This document shows, piece after piece, positions 49,601 through 63,093 of a DNA stretch of 64,000 nucleotides. Both the position numbers and the translations under genes were made by a program. The notes beneath the pieces are model-generated. The model saw only the letters and a program-made list of their open reading frames with translations, made no database searches and was not told the origin of the DNA. How positions within the stretch are numbered: the first letter of the stretch is position 1; each line of letters opens with the position of its first letter. Source of the DNA: Eledone cirrhosa (taxonomy: Eukaryota); NCBI GenBank assembly GCA_964016885.1, contig OZ024755.1:21700001-21764000 (forward strand), read 5' to 3'.

Positions 49601-52600
49601 AGCCGTTTAAATGCTTAAGGATTAATGTAGAATTAGGTTGGTGTCAAAGACATATTGGCTCTTTGGTGATAGGAAGGGTATCCATCCATAGAAAGCTTTC
49701 CAAACAAAATAAGATTCTGCAGCATAGATGTGGGTTCTGCAAGTTGTAGTTTAGGTAACTTGTCTAGGAGAGCAGTCACTCTAAACAAAAACTGATACAG
49801 GGTAGAGAAGTGCCCTTGAATTCAGTCAACCAACCACTCTAGTGCTGCTGACACAAATAATGTACCCAGTCAATGTTGTAAACATATTTGTGGGATAATG
49901 CTGGGGTTTTTTAACCCTTTAACATTTACATTACTTGATATATACTATTGTATTTTCACAGTAAAGGCTTTATCTCACATAGTATCCCACATGTATCGAA
50001 TCTCTGAGATTTTCATATTATTTATTTTGAGAACTATACCTTAACATCTGTATGAGTGGCCAGTTAAAGCTAGTTTGAACAGAAAGAAATGAGCGAATTC
50101 TGGCCGGATACGGCCGGTTTAAATGCTAAAGGGTTAAAAAAATTAAGTAGTTGAGGGAGCAAGGACAATTAAGTAGTTGAGGGAGCAGGTATTTATATAG
50201 AATGTAATATTTGCTGTTTGTATTTACAAAGTAATAATTGTTTCTACTTTTGGCACAAGCCCAGCATTTATCCAGTACATTACTGGTACTTTATTTTATC
50301 GACCCCGTAAGGATGAAAGGCAAAGTTAACCTTGGCGGGATTTGAACTCAGACCGTAAAGGGACGTAACTATGCTGGAAAGCATGGCGTCCGACTCTCTA
50401 CCGATACTGCCAATCCACCGCCCTATTTACAAAGTAATAATGGTTTCTCATGGCACAAGGTTAACTATTTTTGGGGGAGAGTAACGTTGATTAAATCAAC
50501 CCCAGTGTGTTACTGGTACTTTATTTCATTGACCCCCGTAAGGACTAAAGACAAAGCTAACCTCAGCAGGATTTGAACTCAGAACACAAAGGGACGTAAC
50601 TATATGCCACAAAGCATGTCTGACGCTCTAAAGATTACTGCCAATCCACTGTCCATATTTACAAAGTAGTAATGATAGTTCAAAATATATTTGTTGCAGG
50701 CAATTATGATATGATTGAAGCAGATGTGATCTTAAAAGGACAGGGAACATCAAAGCAAGCTATGACACCAGTTATATCAGATCTACCTGCTGTTGACAAT
50801 GACTTTACATTAAAGATGTGGTTACAACAAGTGAAGATGTTTTCAAAAGGTATAAAACTAGACTTCCGTACAGTTGAGGCTGTTGAGATGTCACTGCAGC
50901 TGCTGAAGGGAATGAAGGATGAGGTAAATTTAGTTATTTTGGTTTTGTCACCTATTTTCATCATCACCCACCATCTTCTACTTCCTTATCTACTATTATC
51001 TGCTGAAATCGTCATCATCATCATCATCGTCATCTGCTGAAATCAACCATAGCCATCATCATCATCATCATTATCATCGTCATCTGCTAAAATCATCATT
51101 ATCATCATCATTGTTATCATCGACAGCTGCTGAAATCATCCATTGCCATCATCATCATCACCTGCTGAAATCATCATCATCAATGTTATCACCATTGTGT
51201 TGTGATGTCTAAAATGAATTTACTATATATACTCGAATATAAGTCTACCCCACTATTTCATGTCTGAGAAATAGGTGAAAATCCAAACCCTGTTTATAAA
51301 CCAAGGCAACTAGTCAACACATTGTTTAGATGGCGGTGCCCCAGCATAGCCTCAGCCGGATGGCTCGAACCGGTAAAAGAGTAAGCCAATCTCCCATTTT
51401 ACAATCAATTTGTTTTCTGTCACATATTCCTCAGCTTATATTCAAGAATATACGGTATGTTGTGATGTCTACAGTAAACTTATGTTGTGATGTCTACAAT
51501 ATACGGTATGTTGTGATGCCTACAGTAAACTTATGTTGTGATGTCTACAATATATGGTATGTTGTGATGTCTACAATATATGGTATGTTGTGATGTCTAC
51601 AATAAACTTATGTTGTGATGTCTACAATATACGGTATGTTGTGATGTCTACAATATATGGTATGTTGTGATGTCTACAATATATGGTATGTTGTGATGTC
51701 TACAATATACGGTATGTTGTGATGTCTACAGTAAACTTATGTTGTGATGTCTACAATATACGGTATGTTGTGATGTCTCCAGTAAACTTATGTTGTGATG
51801 TCTACAATATACGGTATGTTGTGATGCCTACAGTAAACTTATGTTGTGATGTCTACAATATACGGTATGTTGTGATGCCTACAGTAAACTTATGTTGTGA
51901 TGTCTACAGTAAACTTATGTTGTGATGTCTACAGTAAACTTATGTTGTTGTGATGTCTACAATAAACTTGCCTAAATATAAATGTATTAGTTTTAGTTGT
52001 TTTTATTAAAGTTATGACTTTAAAATATATATACATGTTTTTCTTTTATATTCCAGCTTAAAATCCCTATTTGGTTGCATGCTGATATCTTAAAAGGCCC
52101 CTTTAGTACTCGATTGCCCATTGATGCAACTCGGTTTTTCCGCAATGTGCGTACATTTTTCCCTACTTGTACGTTATCTTTGGGATGGACAACTGGACAT
52201 CACACAGATGTCCGTCAAGCTGGCTATAATTGGGACATGGTTCTTGATATGCATGATTTAATTATTCAGTGGGAGATCAGCCAACCTCTTGTTTTCTCTG
52301 TTCGACTAGCCTACATCAAGAACTCGATTCCACAGCTAAAATGGTTATGTGACACACTCCAAGCTTCGTTGTTAGTGTGGAATGATAACGAAGACAGACC
52401 AGTTCTAGAAGATGTTATGTATGTAGCTTACCGTTTCCCACCAGAGAAAGTCTTCTTTGACTTTCAGGATGACTATTTAAGCACCCATTTGAAGCGTTAT
52501 AGACACTTTTCTAAAAACTATGTTGACCGCCTTGTTTTAGAACGAGATCAAGTAAAATTCAATCCATATGCTTGGGTAAAAATGGGACTATACATTGAAG

Positions 52601-53175
52601 AAAATTCTATTCTACCTAGTTCCGAATCATTAGTTTTGAAGAGTCCAGTTGTCTATATTGTAAGTATTTCTAAACTTAAATCTGTGGAAACACTTCATTT
52701 GAAAGGAAGAGTTCATTTCTTTAATCGCAGAGATAAAGAAGCTGTTACTGGAGAAACAGGTATAAGTATCTTTTTCCGAAGTTTTTCCTATTCAGATTAT
52801 GAGAAAATTAGCGGTATTCGTATTTTTATTGGTGTGAAAGGAGACCTTCAAATTTCAGGTCAGCATCTTGGTAAACATATTCCGGAGTTTAAGAATAGTG
52901 CTCGTATTACTCCTAGTTCTGCTAATTGTTATCGTTTTGATATTGTTGACCTTCGATATGAGGTTGTCATGGAGATAAATGCCTTACATGATTGCGATAC
53001 TTTAGCGAGTGTACAACGTGAAGATACCCCTCATTTGACTTTGAGAGTGAACATTCCTCGTGAATTAGCACTTGGGGAACAACCTTACATTCTAAAAATG
53101 GAAGACAACAAACGTGTTGTTGTTATTGATGAATTGGATATTCGTACTATTTATACACCTAAAAAAAAAACATAA
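46639..53175 (+). CDS. FAM151B: FAM151/menorin-family (DUF2181) protein, 4 exons, 542 aa, N-terminal signal anchor and C-terminal extension
   Basis: Exons 46639-46765, 49129-49287, 50700-50923, 52057-53175 (GT-AG, phases 1,1,0; 1629 nt). Motifs NILYYF..DG.KIRW, DMIEADV, KGIKLDF, PIWLHADILKGP, FFP..TLSLGWTTG, GYNW.MV..M, QPLVFSVR, S.PQL.WL, LEDVMYV and KVFFD align with FAM151B. Hydrophobic segment FLLFLILLIIWISI. AATAAA at 53287. The symbol is a family-level call, not proven orthology. Confidence 0.88.
51221..51457. mobile_element. Tc1/mariner-superfamily (Tc2-like) MITE with TA termini
   Basis: TACTATATATACTCGAATATAAG versus the reverse complement of the right end, TACCGTATATTCTTGAATATAAG (19/23 identical). 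Confidence 0.6.
51448..51968. repeat. Minisatellite of 25/26-bp units tatgttgtgatgtctac(agtaaact/aatatacgg)
   Basis: About 20 units, often alternating as a 51-bp dimer. Confidence 0.95.
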
Positions 53176-53572
53176 ATAATACCTGAAAAGTTATAAATAT
53201 TGATATTTTTTTAGGTTTTAGTTTCACTAGATTTCCAATGAATTGAATCTGAGCCTTGAAATGTTTATCTCAGGTTGTTTGTTATTAATAAATGTTATTG
53301 TAAATTGTTTTACTCAAACACAGAAGACACATGCTGTAAGTTCAAACATATTTCTTTTTTTTTTCATATAAATGTTTTTTTCTTGTAACTATTATAATTA
53401 GATATGATTTAGTACAAATTAGTTAGTTATATAAAATTTAAAATAATTTTTCCATAATAAAAGAATTTATATAAATGAAAATCAGATAATTACTAAAGAA
53501 ATCAATAGTGATATTTAAGAATCAATTCTCTCTCAGACATATGAATATTTTCCCTTTAAACAATTAATTATT

Positions 53573-53650
53573 TAAGGTGTATCAAAGAATCATCTGGTTT
53601 TATTTACAATTGTATATAAAACTGGGTAATTCTTTTTGATAAATCCTGTA
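53573..53650. mobile_element. About 80-bp palindromic mariner-like MITE
   Basis: aggtgtatcaaagaat...ggttttat-TACAATTGTA-ataaaact...attctttttgataaatcctgta. The end resembles the terminus at 7822. Confidence 0.45.
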
Positions 53651-55489
53651 TAGCCTGACCCAGAAGCTGCTTTTTTTTAATACACTCTTTATAATTTGTA
53701 TATTTATTTTCTTTTTCATAATGTTTTTTTTTTGTGTTGTTTCATCATGAAATTTTTCTGTAATAAATTTTTAGGTAACATATTTTTAAAATCTAAAATA
53801 AAAATAAAAAAAGAAAAAGAAAATTATTATGAAAATATTATTAATTCTAAAATAAATGTTTCTACTTTTGGCACAAGGCCAGCAATTATCTCAGTGTATT
53901 ACTGGTACTTTATTTTATCGACCCCGTAAGGATGAAAGGCAAAGTTAACCTCGGCGGGATTTGAACTCAGACCATAAAGGGCTGTAACTCTTTGCTGTAA
54001 AGCATGTCCGACCCTCTACCGATACTGCCAATCCACCGCCCTCATTAAATTCTAAAATAATAAAAACAGTTTATGAGCTTGTTATATAAGATTTAGTAGA
54101 AATATACAAATAACATTTGAAATAATAAAACTTCCACAATGAAATATATAACACATATCAACAACTGATGATCTCTAAAGAATTCAACAGTCTTATTTTA
54201 AGAATTCATTTTTAATTGCTTAATTTTATTTAATGTTAATGAATAATGGTCACAAGAAAGCATTCAAAATTAAAAAAAACAGTCATCCTTAAATTTGGAA
54301 ATCTCTGTCAATAAATATAAGGCCAAAATAAAATAAAATTAATTAAAAAAAATTATTAGTTCCGAACATTATTTGCTCAATAAAGGGCGGTAGATTGGCA
54401 GTATAGGTAAAGGGTCGGACGTCATGTTTTTGCAGCATAAAGTTACGGCCCTTTACGTTAACTTTGCTTTTTATCCTTACGGGCTTGATAAAATAAAGCG
54501 CCAGTAATGCACTGGGGGTAATTGCTGGCCTTGTGCCAAAAGTAGAAACTGATTTGCTCAATATAAGATGAGTTCTGTTCTATTTTGTTAGGCTGACTAT
54601 TATTGTTACAATTCCTGAATTAGGTGTGATAGTAACAATTATATGTATTATATATGTTAAATGGAGATAGTTGTAAAGTTAGCTGACTCCATTAATGTAG
54701 GCTTCACTTCTTATGTCTTTTTAACATACCTTCTTCTTGGGCTCCTTCTTTTTTCTTCTGTTTTGTTTTTCTCTTTTACCAGCTACCCTGCCCCACCAAA
54801 ACTTTCTACACTTATCCAGTCTCCATTTCATCTCAATCTTTCCATGATAAAAGAGAGTTGTACTTACACAGCTTGATTTTCTGGTTGTATTCTTATTTGT
54901 GGGTTCTTAGGACCTCTGATGAATCAATCTCTTTATTAGTATCTGGAGCTGCTCTCTTCTCCTTTGTCTTTTGATCTACTTTGCTTGCTACACATATAAC
55001 GGCTGGTTTCCTGCCTTGCATAACCAGTCACATGGATTTCCTTTTTGCATCCATAATGGAGAACAGCTCTGGACTTCTCTGTGGTTTTGGATGTATTTCC
55101 GTGGAAAGCTCCCTAACCATATATCATTTCTGGTTACTTCAGTCCTTACCACTTGCTCATACTGCATTACAAAATTGATTTGACAAGAATGAACATCATA
55201 GCCAATATCTTTTACCATTACTCTTATGTTATGTTGTCTCAGATATTGTGACATGAGCCTCTAGGTTAGTCAGGTATGTATTGCACCAACTTGGCCTACA
55301 AATACTCTTTTTAAAGTCTTGAATGATACATACATGGCTCTCTAGGCACTACCATGGTTGATGAAGGAGATATTGCTTCACACATTGACCAAAGCTGCCT
55401 TTCAAAATACAATGATATGTTATTCTTTGTCTCTCTTGCCATTCAATAAGAGACTGAGGTAGGGTTGCACCTTCTTTTGTCATATAATC

Positions 55490-55780
55490 CTGTCAGGCAA
55501 GCTTTTTCTGTCAGATCACAGCTCCGATACTATGGGCATGTGGTTAGAATGTCTCGGGGAAAGAATTGCTGGACAGATTTTATGGGTGAAACTAACTGGC
55601 AAGAGACTCAGCGATAGACCCTGAGCAAGATGGTTGGATAACATCCATGAGCTTGGCTGGTCTCGCTTAGGGATCCACCCGGATCAGTTGGAGACGGTTG
55701 ATTCTGACAGGCACCCACTGGAATGAGTGTTTGAGGACTCTGCCCCCAGAACCCTCTTGGGAATAAGTGAGTGAAGAAGG
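55490..55780 (+). mobile_element. RTE-like LINE 3' fragment; related fragment at about 20265-20425
   Basis: QLRYYGHVVRM-like translation and shared tail gaggactctgccc..aaccctc...ggaataagtg.gtgaag. Confidence 0.65.
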
Positions 55781-58611
55781 TAATTCATATCCAGAACCTT
55801 CCTATTAGAGACTGAATTAGCACAAGAAGGGCTGGGATTGACTTCTTTATCACTCAAATTTATTTTCTTGTTTGTATGTGTATGTATTTATATGTGCCTG
55901 GGGTTATTTGTGTCATATATGTTTTTCCAAATAATTTTCCTGTTTTTCATCAGAAAATGTTTGTTTTGTTTTGAAATACGTGTATTCTGCTGATAGTTTT
56001 CTTGTTTTCATTTTTATTTATTTATTTGTTTCTGTTTCCTGCTCCTAAAAATATTTTTCTCTTCATTCTTGTTTTGGTGGCTGTTTCTAGAAGATTTGTC
56101 ATTTTACATGTCGAAGAAAAGGTTTATTTACTAATAAAGTCCTATTGCCCCTCTCCCCAAGGTTTATTCTTTAATAATGTCCTATTGCTCCCCACCCCCC
56201 ACTCACAAAAAAGAAAAGAAAATGAGGAAAAAAAAAACCAATGAATTCTTCCTACTTATTAATGTAGAAGCTTCTTATAAAGAAATATTTGTCCATGTAA
56301 TTTCACTTGGTTACAAATCCACAAAATACTGAGCAAAACGAACACATATTCAATCACAGCAAAAACAAACAACAACAATAATTAATAATAATTTCTAAAT
56401 TAGGCACAAGGCCAGAAATTGGTGGTGGAGGAAGGAAGATAAGTGGATTATATTAACCCCAGTATTTCACTGGTATTTTCCAGAAAAATTGAATCAGTAC
56501 TACAATATTACATAATACATTTTGTTATATATATTTTTACTTTTAAGAGTAAGGTGGAAAATTGGTAGAATCATTAGAATGTCGGATAGAATGGCTCTTT
56601 GCTGTTTGAGTTCAAATCCCACTGAGGTCAACTTTGCCTTTCATTGATTGAGGTCGGTAAAGAAAGTACCAGTCTAGTAATGGGGTCGATTCTTCCTCTA
56701 TATTTCTTTCTCGTTTCCTCTCTCTCACTCTCTAGCCTTCTCTTGAAGAAACTTGCTGTATTGAAACCTGGAAAGGAGGTGGGCTCTGCCAGGTTTAAAA
56801 ATGCATGCCCTAAGAAATGCATATGACGCCCATATGACTACCCTAGGAGTTATGGGACCATGAATGATATTTAACCCTTTAACATTTACATTACACTATA
56901 TTTACTATTGTATTTTGACAGTAAAGGCATTACTTCACATAATTATCCCACATAATATCGAATCTGAGATTTTGATATTATTTATTTTGAGAACAATATC
57001 TTAAGTATGAGCAGCCAGTTACAGCCAGTTTGAACAGAAAGAGGTGAGAGAATTCTGGCCGGATACAGCCAGTTTAAATGCTAAAGGGTTAAGAGTAAAT
57101 ATTTTTTTCGCTTGTATGCAAAATGGTTTTTGGTTCCTTTTGAATTATTCTGTGTTTGTAATTGATTTTTGCTTTTCATTAGTATAACTTTTTTAACAAA
57201 TATTTTATATCAAGAAACAGTTTAAAGATTTTTTTAATAAATAAATTTCTATGTTGCCTTTTTCAAAACTGATTTAAAATTTAATTTGACTGATCATAAT
57301 TTAAAAAAAATAACAAAGGAGTTAGAGTTAGAAACATCAATGACTTATTTGGATCATAAAAAAAATTGTGAAATAATATGGTGGGAAGTGGGAAGGGTGT
57401 GGGTCATGTCATTTCTGATTCCTAGAAAGTCCTCAGAGGACTGTGAGTCTCATATTATCTTTTATATTGGAGTAAAATATGATGGGGAGTAGATAGGGTA
57501 AGGGGGATGGGTAATGTCACTTCTTATTCTGGGAAATTCCACAGAGGGTAGTGTCTCTAATATTATAATGATGGGAAGGGGTAGGGTGAGGTGAAGTTGT
57601 GTCCCTTCTGATTCTTAGAAATTCCAGAGGACTGGAAGTCTGATATTATCTCTTATAGGGCAGTATCTGTAGAGCATCAGACACCATTCTTTGCAGCATA
57701 GAGTTATGACCCTTTACGTTTTAAGTTCAAATCCTGCTGAGGTTAGCTTTGTCTTTCCTCCTTATGGGATCGATAAAATAAAGCACCAGTAATTTCAGGC
57801 CTTGTGCCTAAAGTAGAAACAATTATCTCTTAGAATTTCTCCCGTCTTAGTTTTGACTATAGAATGCAGTACACCTAGTCTATAAACAATATTGTGGTAT
57901 TTAAACAACCAATTGTCTGAATTTAATAAACACCTATCTTTGCAGCTGATAACCTCACGGAGGAAATTTGTGATTTTGATTTTTTTTTTTTGTTGGGGTG
58001 TAAATTCTGAGAACCAAGAAACCTGTTTAAGTGTTTGTCATTTCCTGGCAGATTACTCCAAAGTTAAAAATAACTTTGAAAGATAGGAAATTTTAAGATT
58101 GTATTCAGTTCTTTTCAAGTAAATATCATCATATAATTGGTTAAATTCACAATCAATCTTGCTAAGTTCAAGATATAGTTTAGTAAAATAAATATAATTT
58201 AGAGAGATATTTTACATGAGAAAATATATGTGTGTGTGTGTGTGTGTATCTAAAAATGGAAACAAGAAAACAAGAAACCCAGAGCAGCACCAGAAGGAAG
58301 TCTTAGCTCCAAATAATAAACTCTATTTCATGTACTGAGTACTTTTTTTACTTCTGTTTGTAAATTCAAATGCATTTATATATATATGTGTGTGTGTATG
58401 TGCAAAAAGTAAACGGGAATATCAAAGCAAACAACACAGTACAGTGAAGAAATAGATTACTTTAATGTTTGATATAGTAGGAAAAGAGATTTTTCGTTTT
58501 GGACACAAGTCCTTCATCAGAAGATAGATTGAGAAATAAAAGATGAAATAGAAAGATAGTGTGAAAAGAAGAAGGAACGGAAAAAAAATTATTTTCTAGA
58601 AAAAGCATGTG

Positions 58612-58676
<65 letters not shown>

Positions 58677-59384
58677 ATACATACATATATATATATATAT
58701 GTAAGCAAACTGCATACACACTCATAACTCACCTTTCCCTATCTGTGATTATTTGTTTCTCTACTCTGTTACGAAGTCAGTTGAATAAAAGAAATCCAAT
58801 GCTTTTCAAAAGGTGTAGCAACATATTGGTAATGATATTGTGTAAACTTATGATTCTTCAGACATCAAACAAAACTTTATCTACAAGTTCACCTCACATT
58901 TTATAAGTGAAAATACAGTGAAATTTCATTATAACAAACTTCATGGGGTATAAAAAAAATTCATAGTAACGAAAAATTTTTTTATAACAAGATCGACCGA
59001 AACAAATCAATTAATTGTTTGTTATTCCCTTGGGAATTGAAAAAAATAATTCGTTATAATGGTATTTTACCTGTATAAACATAAATTGTATAAGGATTAG
59101 CATTTATAAACATCAATGGAGATGTTTAATTTGCAAAAATATCCTTTAAGTGATTTTAAATTTTAATCTGAATAAAATATTTACAACAAAAGGGTTTAAT
59201 GATTGGTAATCAAAGATCAATATTCCTCATTAGATGCCAATACATCATTGTTTTTGATATTTTTGGTATTTGTTTCTTTTCTTAAGTTATTTTTTTACAG
59301 TCAATCATAAATTTAGAATGAATACAATGAAGGAATGGTTGGTGAGTGGTCTTTACAAATTAGTTTTAGTAATTTCCTGTTAAA

Positions 59385-59425
<41 letters not shown>

Positions 59426-59695
59426 ATGTATATATATATATATATGTGGGTATATATATATATATACATGTATGTGGGTATATATATATATATATATACA
59501 TATATGTGTGTATATATATGTGTGTGTGTATATGTATATATATATATATACACACATGTATATATGTATACATATATATATATCATCACCATTTAACATC
59601 CATTTTTGCAGACGTACAATGGTGATAATGATATATATATATATAATATTATTCAAAATATTAATAAATGAGAAATATTATCATAACCAAAGTAT

Positions 59696-59760
59696 ATATT
59701 TTATTATACATATTTCAAAGGTACAATGGAGTTTCAGTACGTTTTCATCAGATAAAATAT
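59696..59760 (-). ncRNA. Minimal type I hammerhead ribozyme (family A, copy 3)
   Basis: Reverse complement: ATATTTTAT-CTGATGA-AAACGTAC-loop-GTACCTTT-GAAA-TATGTA-TA-ATAAAATAT. Confidence 0.65.
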
Positions 59761-59792
59761 ATAAGAGATTGGATATGCGACATTTTCAATTC

Positions 59793-59828
<36 letters not shown>

Positions 59829-60462
59829 CTACATTTCCTAGTATAATATCTAACCTTTTAGCTTTCTGTCAGTAAGTGGTTATTTAAACATTTAAATACA
59901 GAATAACTAATTATAGATCTCTAAATTAAAGAGAAATTAACTAAATCAAACATTTGCTTCTAACTAGTTGGTTTGGTGCATTGTACTGTACACAGATTCA
60001 TAATGCAATCAAATTAATTATACAGCACATACATAATAGCTTGATTAAACCAATAATATGTGTTTTCGCTTTTTATAATCAATAAATATTTCTTTTGGGG
60101 TATCTTTAATATACTTGGTATAAATCCTGATTTTAATTTTTGATTTGTGAATTTGTTTTCCATTTTTTATAAAATCTTGTATATAAAATAAATTTCTGGA
60201 AATTATTTTTCAAAATTAAAAAAAAAAACATTTGTTATGTATTCTTTAACAAAGTTTCACATATTACTTAACACTTGGATCTTTTTAAATATTTAATATT
60301 CAATTATTGAAGTAGGTATGAACCCCCCTCCCCTTTTTTTTACTTCTCTTTTTAACACATTGCGCATCAAATAATTATGGGATTTATCAACAATTAAAAT
60401 TAATTTGTTAAAAATTTTGTGATTTTGCTTGAGAGGCGTTTTTAAAAATCATTTTTCTTATT

Positions 60463-60494
<32 letters not shown>

Positions 60495-60495
60495 A

Positions 60496-60593
60496 AAAGA
60501 GAGATAAACACAGATATATACATATATGTGTTCAAATCATAAGTGACCTAAATCACTGAACACACGTGTATATATCTGTGTTTATCTCTCTTT
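60496..60593. repeat. Inverted repeat/hairpin with about 38-bp arms
   Basis: AAAGAGAGATAAACACAGATATATACA...GTGTTCA-loop-TGAACAC...TGTATATATCTGTGTTTATCTCTCTTT. Confidence 0.9.
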
Positions 60594-62070
60594 ATTATAT
60601 TATTAGGCTCGGACTGGGCGGTGGATTGGCAGTAATGGTAGAGGGTCGGACGCCATGCTTTGACGTATAGAGTTACGGCCCTTGCCTTTCTGAGTTCAAA
60701 TCCCGCCAAGGTTAACTTTGCCTTTCATCCTTACGGGGTCGATAAAATAAAGTACCAGTAATGCACTGGGTATTTGCTGGCCTTGTGCCTAACGTAGAAA
60801 CAATTATATTATTAGGCTTGGACATTTTTTTCCTTGAGCTATTTTAATTGTAAGGGACTATTCTGAATTTCTAACTCAATATATACTTTTGATATATATA
60901 TAGTGTAGGTGGTTCAGTGAATTGCTGGTGGTGGTACCAAAACAAGTACTCTATGCACAGGCAGAGTATATATTTAAAAAAATGGCGTTTCATTTACATG
61001 TATTTAGATTTTTATTGTCTATTGACCTGTTACGTGCGTTTCGCAGAGAATTGGCCCAGGGTCAGCCATAGTAGTTATGGACCCAACTCCATTATCAATC
61101 TGCTCTTCAGATTGGTGATGCGACAAAAAATATCGTGTTTGTTGTGATTTGTGTGATAATGGGTGTATATATAAGCATCGTGGGCGTTGGAGCGCAACAT
61201 GTAGGGAAACTTCATTTAAAAAAATATATATACATTGTTATGAAAAAAAAATCCAAATTAATTTCTAGAAGCTTCTATTTTTTAAATCATTATTTTTTAA
61301 CATTTAATTTAGAAATAAACGAAACTTAATTCATATGTTGAAATTATGCATTTAATAAAATATATTAGTTCTATAATTTAGTAAATGTCTTGCCTCTTTC
61401 AAGCAAAATAACCGACAGTAACATTCCATAAACAAAACAGGAAACTACACACTGTAAGGAACTTTTATTTATAACTAAAATGTAGAGTTGTTTTGTTGAG
61501 AACTATTTTTGTACTTTTTAATTATAATGAAATAAAAACAAATAAATATTTACAAAATTTAATGCTTTTGAATTTTATCTTTAATTATATATATTCATTA
61601 ATAACATAATAATAATAATGAAATTATTGTGTACAGTGGTCAGGTGCACTACAACTCATCAAAGGTGCTTGTATAGTACATTGAATAATGTATGTTTGGA
61701 AATGAGTCCTTTCCAGCATCCTTTCATTTGTCATTTCTATTGCTATTCATCATTACCATGATATCTATTCTCACAATTCCGGCCAAAGTCTTCCTCCCAC
61801 TTGGAATTCCTGGCACTTCTTCAGCCAAAATGGCTTTGAAAAAAGGATATTATTATAAAACTATTTGAATATTGTCATTATTAAATAATTTCATTAATTA
61901 GTGTTCAGTTTATTGTTTCTTTGGTTTATTAGTCAGTGGATATATCATAATCATCATCATTGTTTAACGTCTATCTTCCATGGGTAAGACGGGAATTGTC
62001 CCACTTGAGGCAAGATTGATCGGGTGACTGTGTCTCGCTTGTATAGGACTATATCATGTATATATATATA

Positions 62071-63093
62071 CAATCAGACCTGGACACAATGCAGCAATGG
62101 ATCACAGACTGGCAACTGAAGCTGGCTGTGGACAAGTGTACCACCATGCATTTTGGAAGGAAAAATCCAGCGTCCACATACTCCCTCCACAACACTGACA
62201 TCAAAAAGTCCTCTTGTGAACGTGACCTGGGCATTACTGTCAGCAACGATTTGCGTTGGACAAAGCATGTCTCTAAGATTGTCAAGAAGGCCGAGGGTGT
62301 CTTGGCATCACTCAGCAAGACCTTTGTTAGCCGCTCTCCAGCCATCTATTTAAAACTGTATACAGCTATGGTGCGACCACACTTGGAATTCGCATCATCA
62401 GTCTGGAACCCCTATCTTGCTCAGAACATTGACCTCCTAGAAACTGTTCAGAGACGTGCAACCAAGCGCATACCCTCCATCAGACACCTACCATACTCTG
62501 AACGGCTTGCTTCCCTGGGCATGGATTCATTGAAGCTCCGACGTCTGGCAGTGGACTTGGTGAATACCCACAAAGTTTTTAACCATCTCGCCAACTGCAA
62601 CCCTGAGCGCCTCTTTGATCTCCATGTATCTAACACACGTGGACATGCCTACAAGATAAGAAAACAGCACAGCTCCCATGACTTTCGCAGACATTTTTTC
62701 ACGCTCAGAGTTGCTGAAACATGGAACAAACTGCCTGCGTCAATTGTTAGCTGCCGAGACACTGCATCCTTTAAGACACTCATGCTTCCCGAAATACGCC
62801 AAAACTACACCTGATGTGCCCCTTCCATACACATGCACACATGTGTGCACTGTTCATTTTACTGATGTTTGTGCATTGCCCTATGTACTGTACATGCACT
62901 TTTTTGATGGGTTGTGGTGCACCTGGGCACTGTGCACAATATTTCATTATTGTTATTGTTATTATATCATGACTCATACACTGTTTATTTTCCTGACATT
63001 TGTACATTATTCTATGTACTATACATGCACCTTTGATGAGTTGTAGTGCACCTGAGCACTGTACACAATAATTTCATTATATTATATTATTAT
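62071..63093 (+). mobile_element. CR1-clade LINE, 5'-truncated, open C-terminal ORF2 segment plus 3' UTR and (TAT)n tail
   Basis: ORF 62056-62814: QSDLD..W...WQL, KCTTMHFG, ERDLG, LYTAMVRPHLEFASSVWNPY, LETVQRRATK, TRGH, FFTLRV..WNKLP. Tail GTAGTGCACCTGAGCACTGTACACAATAATTTCATTATT is also found as isolated fragments at about 14400, 17425, 31975, 45175 and 61615. Confidence 0.93.

Noticed and set aside
53158-53175. C-terminal KKKT dilysine ER-retrieval-like motif in the FAM151 protein
   Set aside because: The C-terminus is predicted to be luminal, and the motif is encoded by an A homopolymer prone to sequencing error.
58485-58528. - strand CTGATGA-A-GGAC-TTGT-GTCC-AAAAC
   Set aside because: Probably a decayed Penelope-type hammerhead. 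G12 is lost and there is no NUH or stem I, so it is not called as a ribozyme.
58600-59850. Many ORFs rich in YI/IY/CV
   Set aside because: They are translations of (TA)n/(TG)n microsatellites. Most other short ORFs in the track are likewise SINE-, LINE-antisense- or chance-derived.
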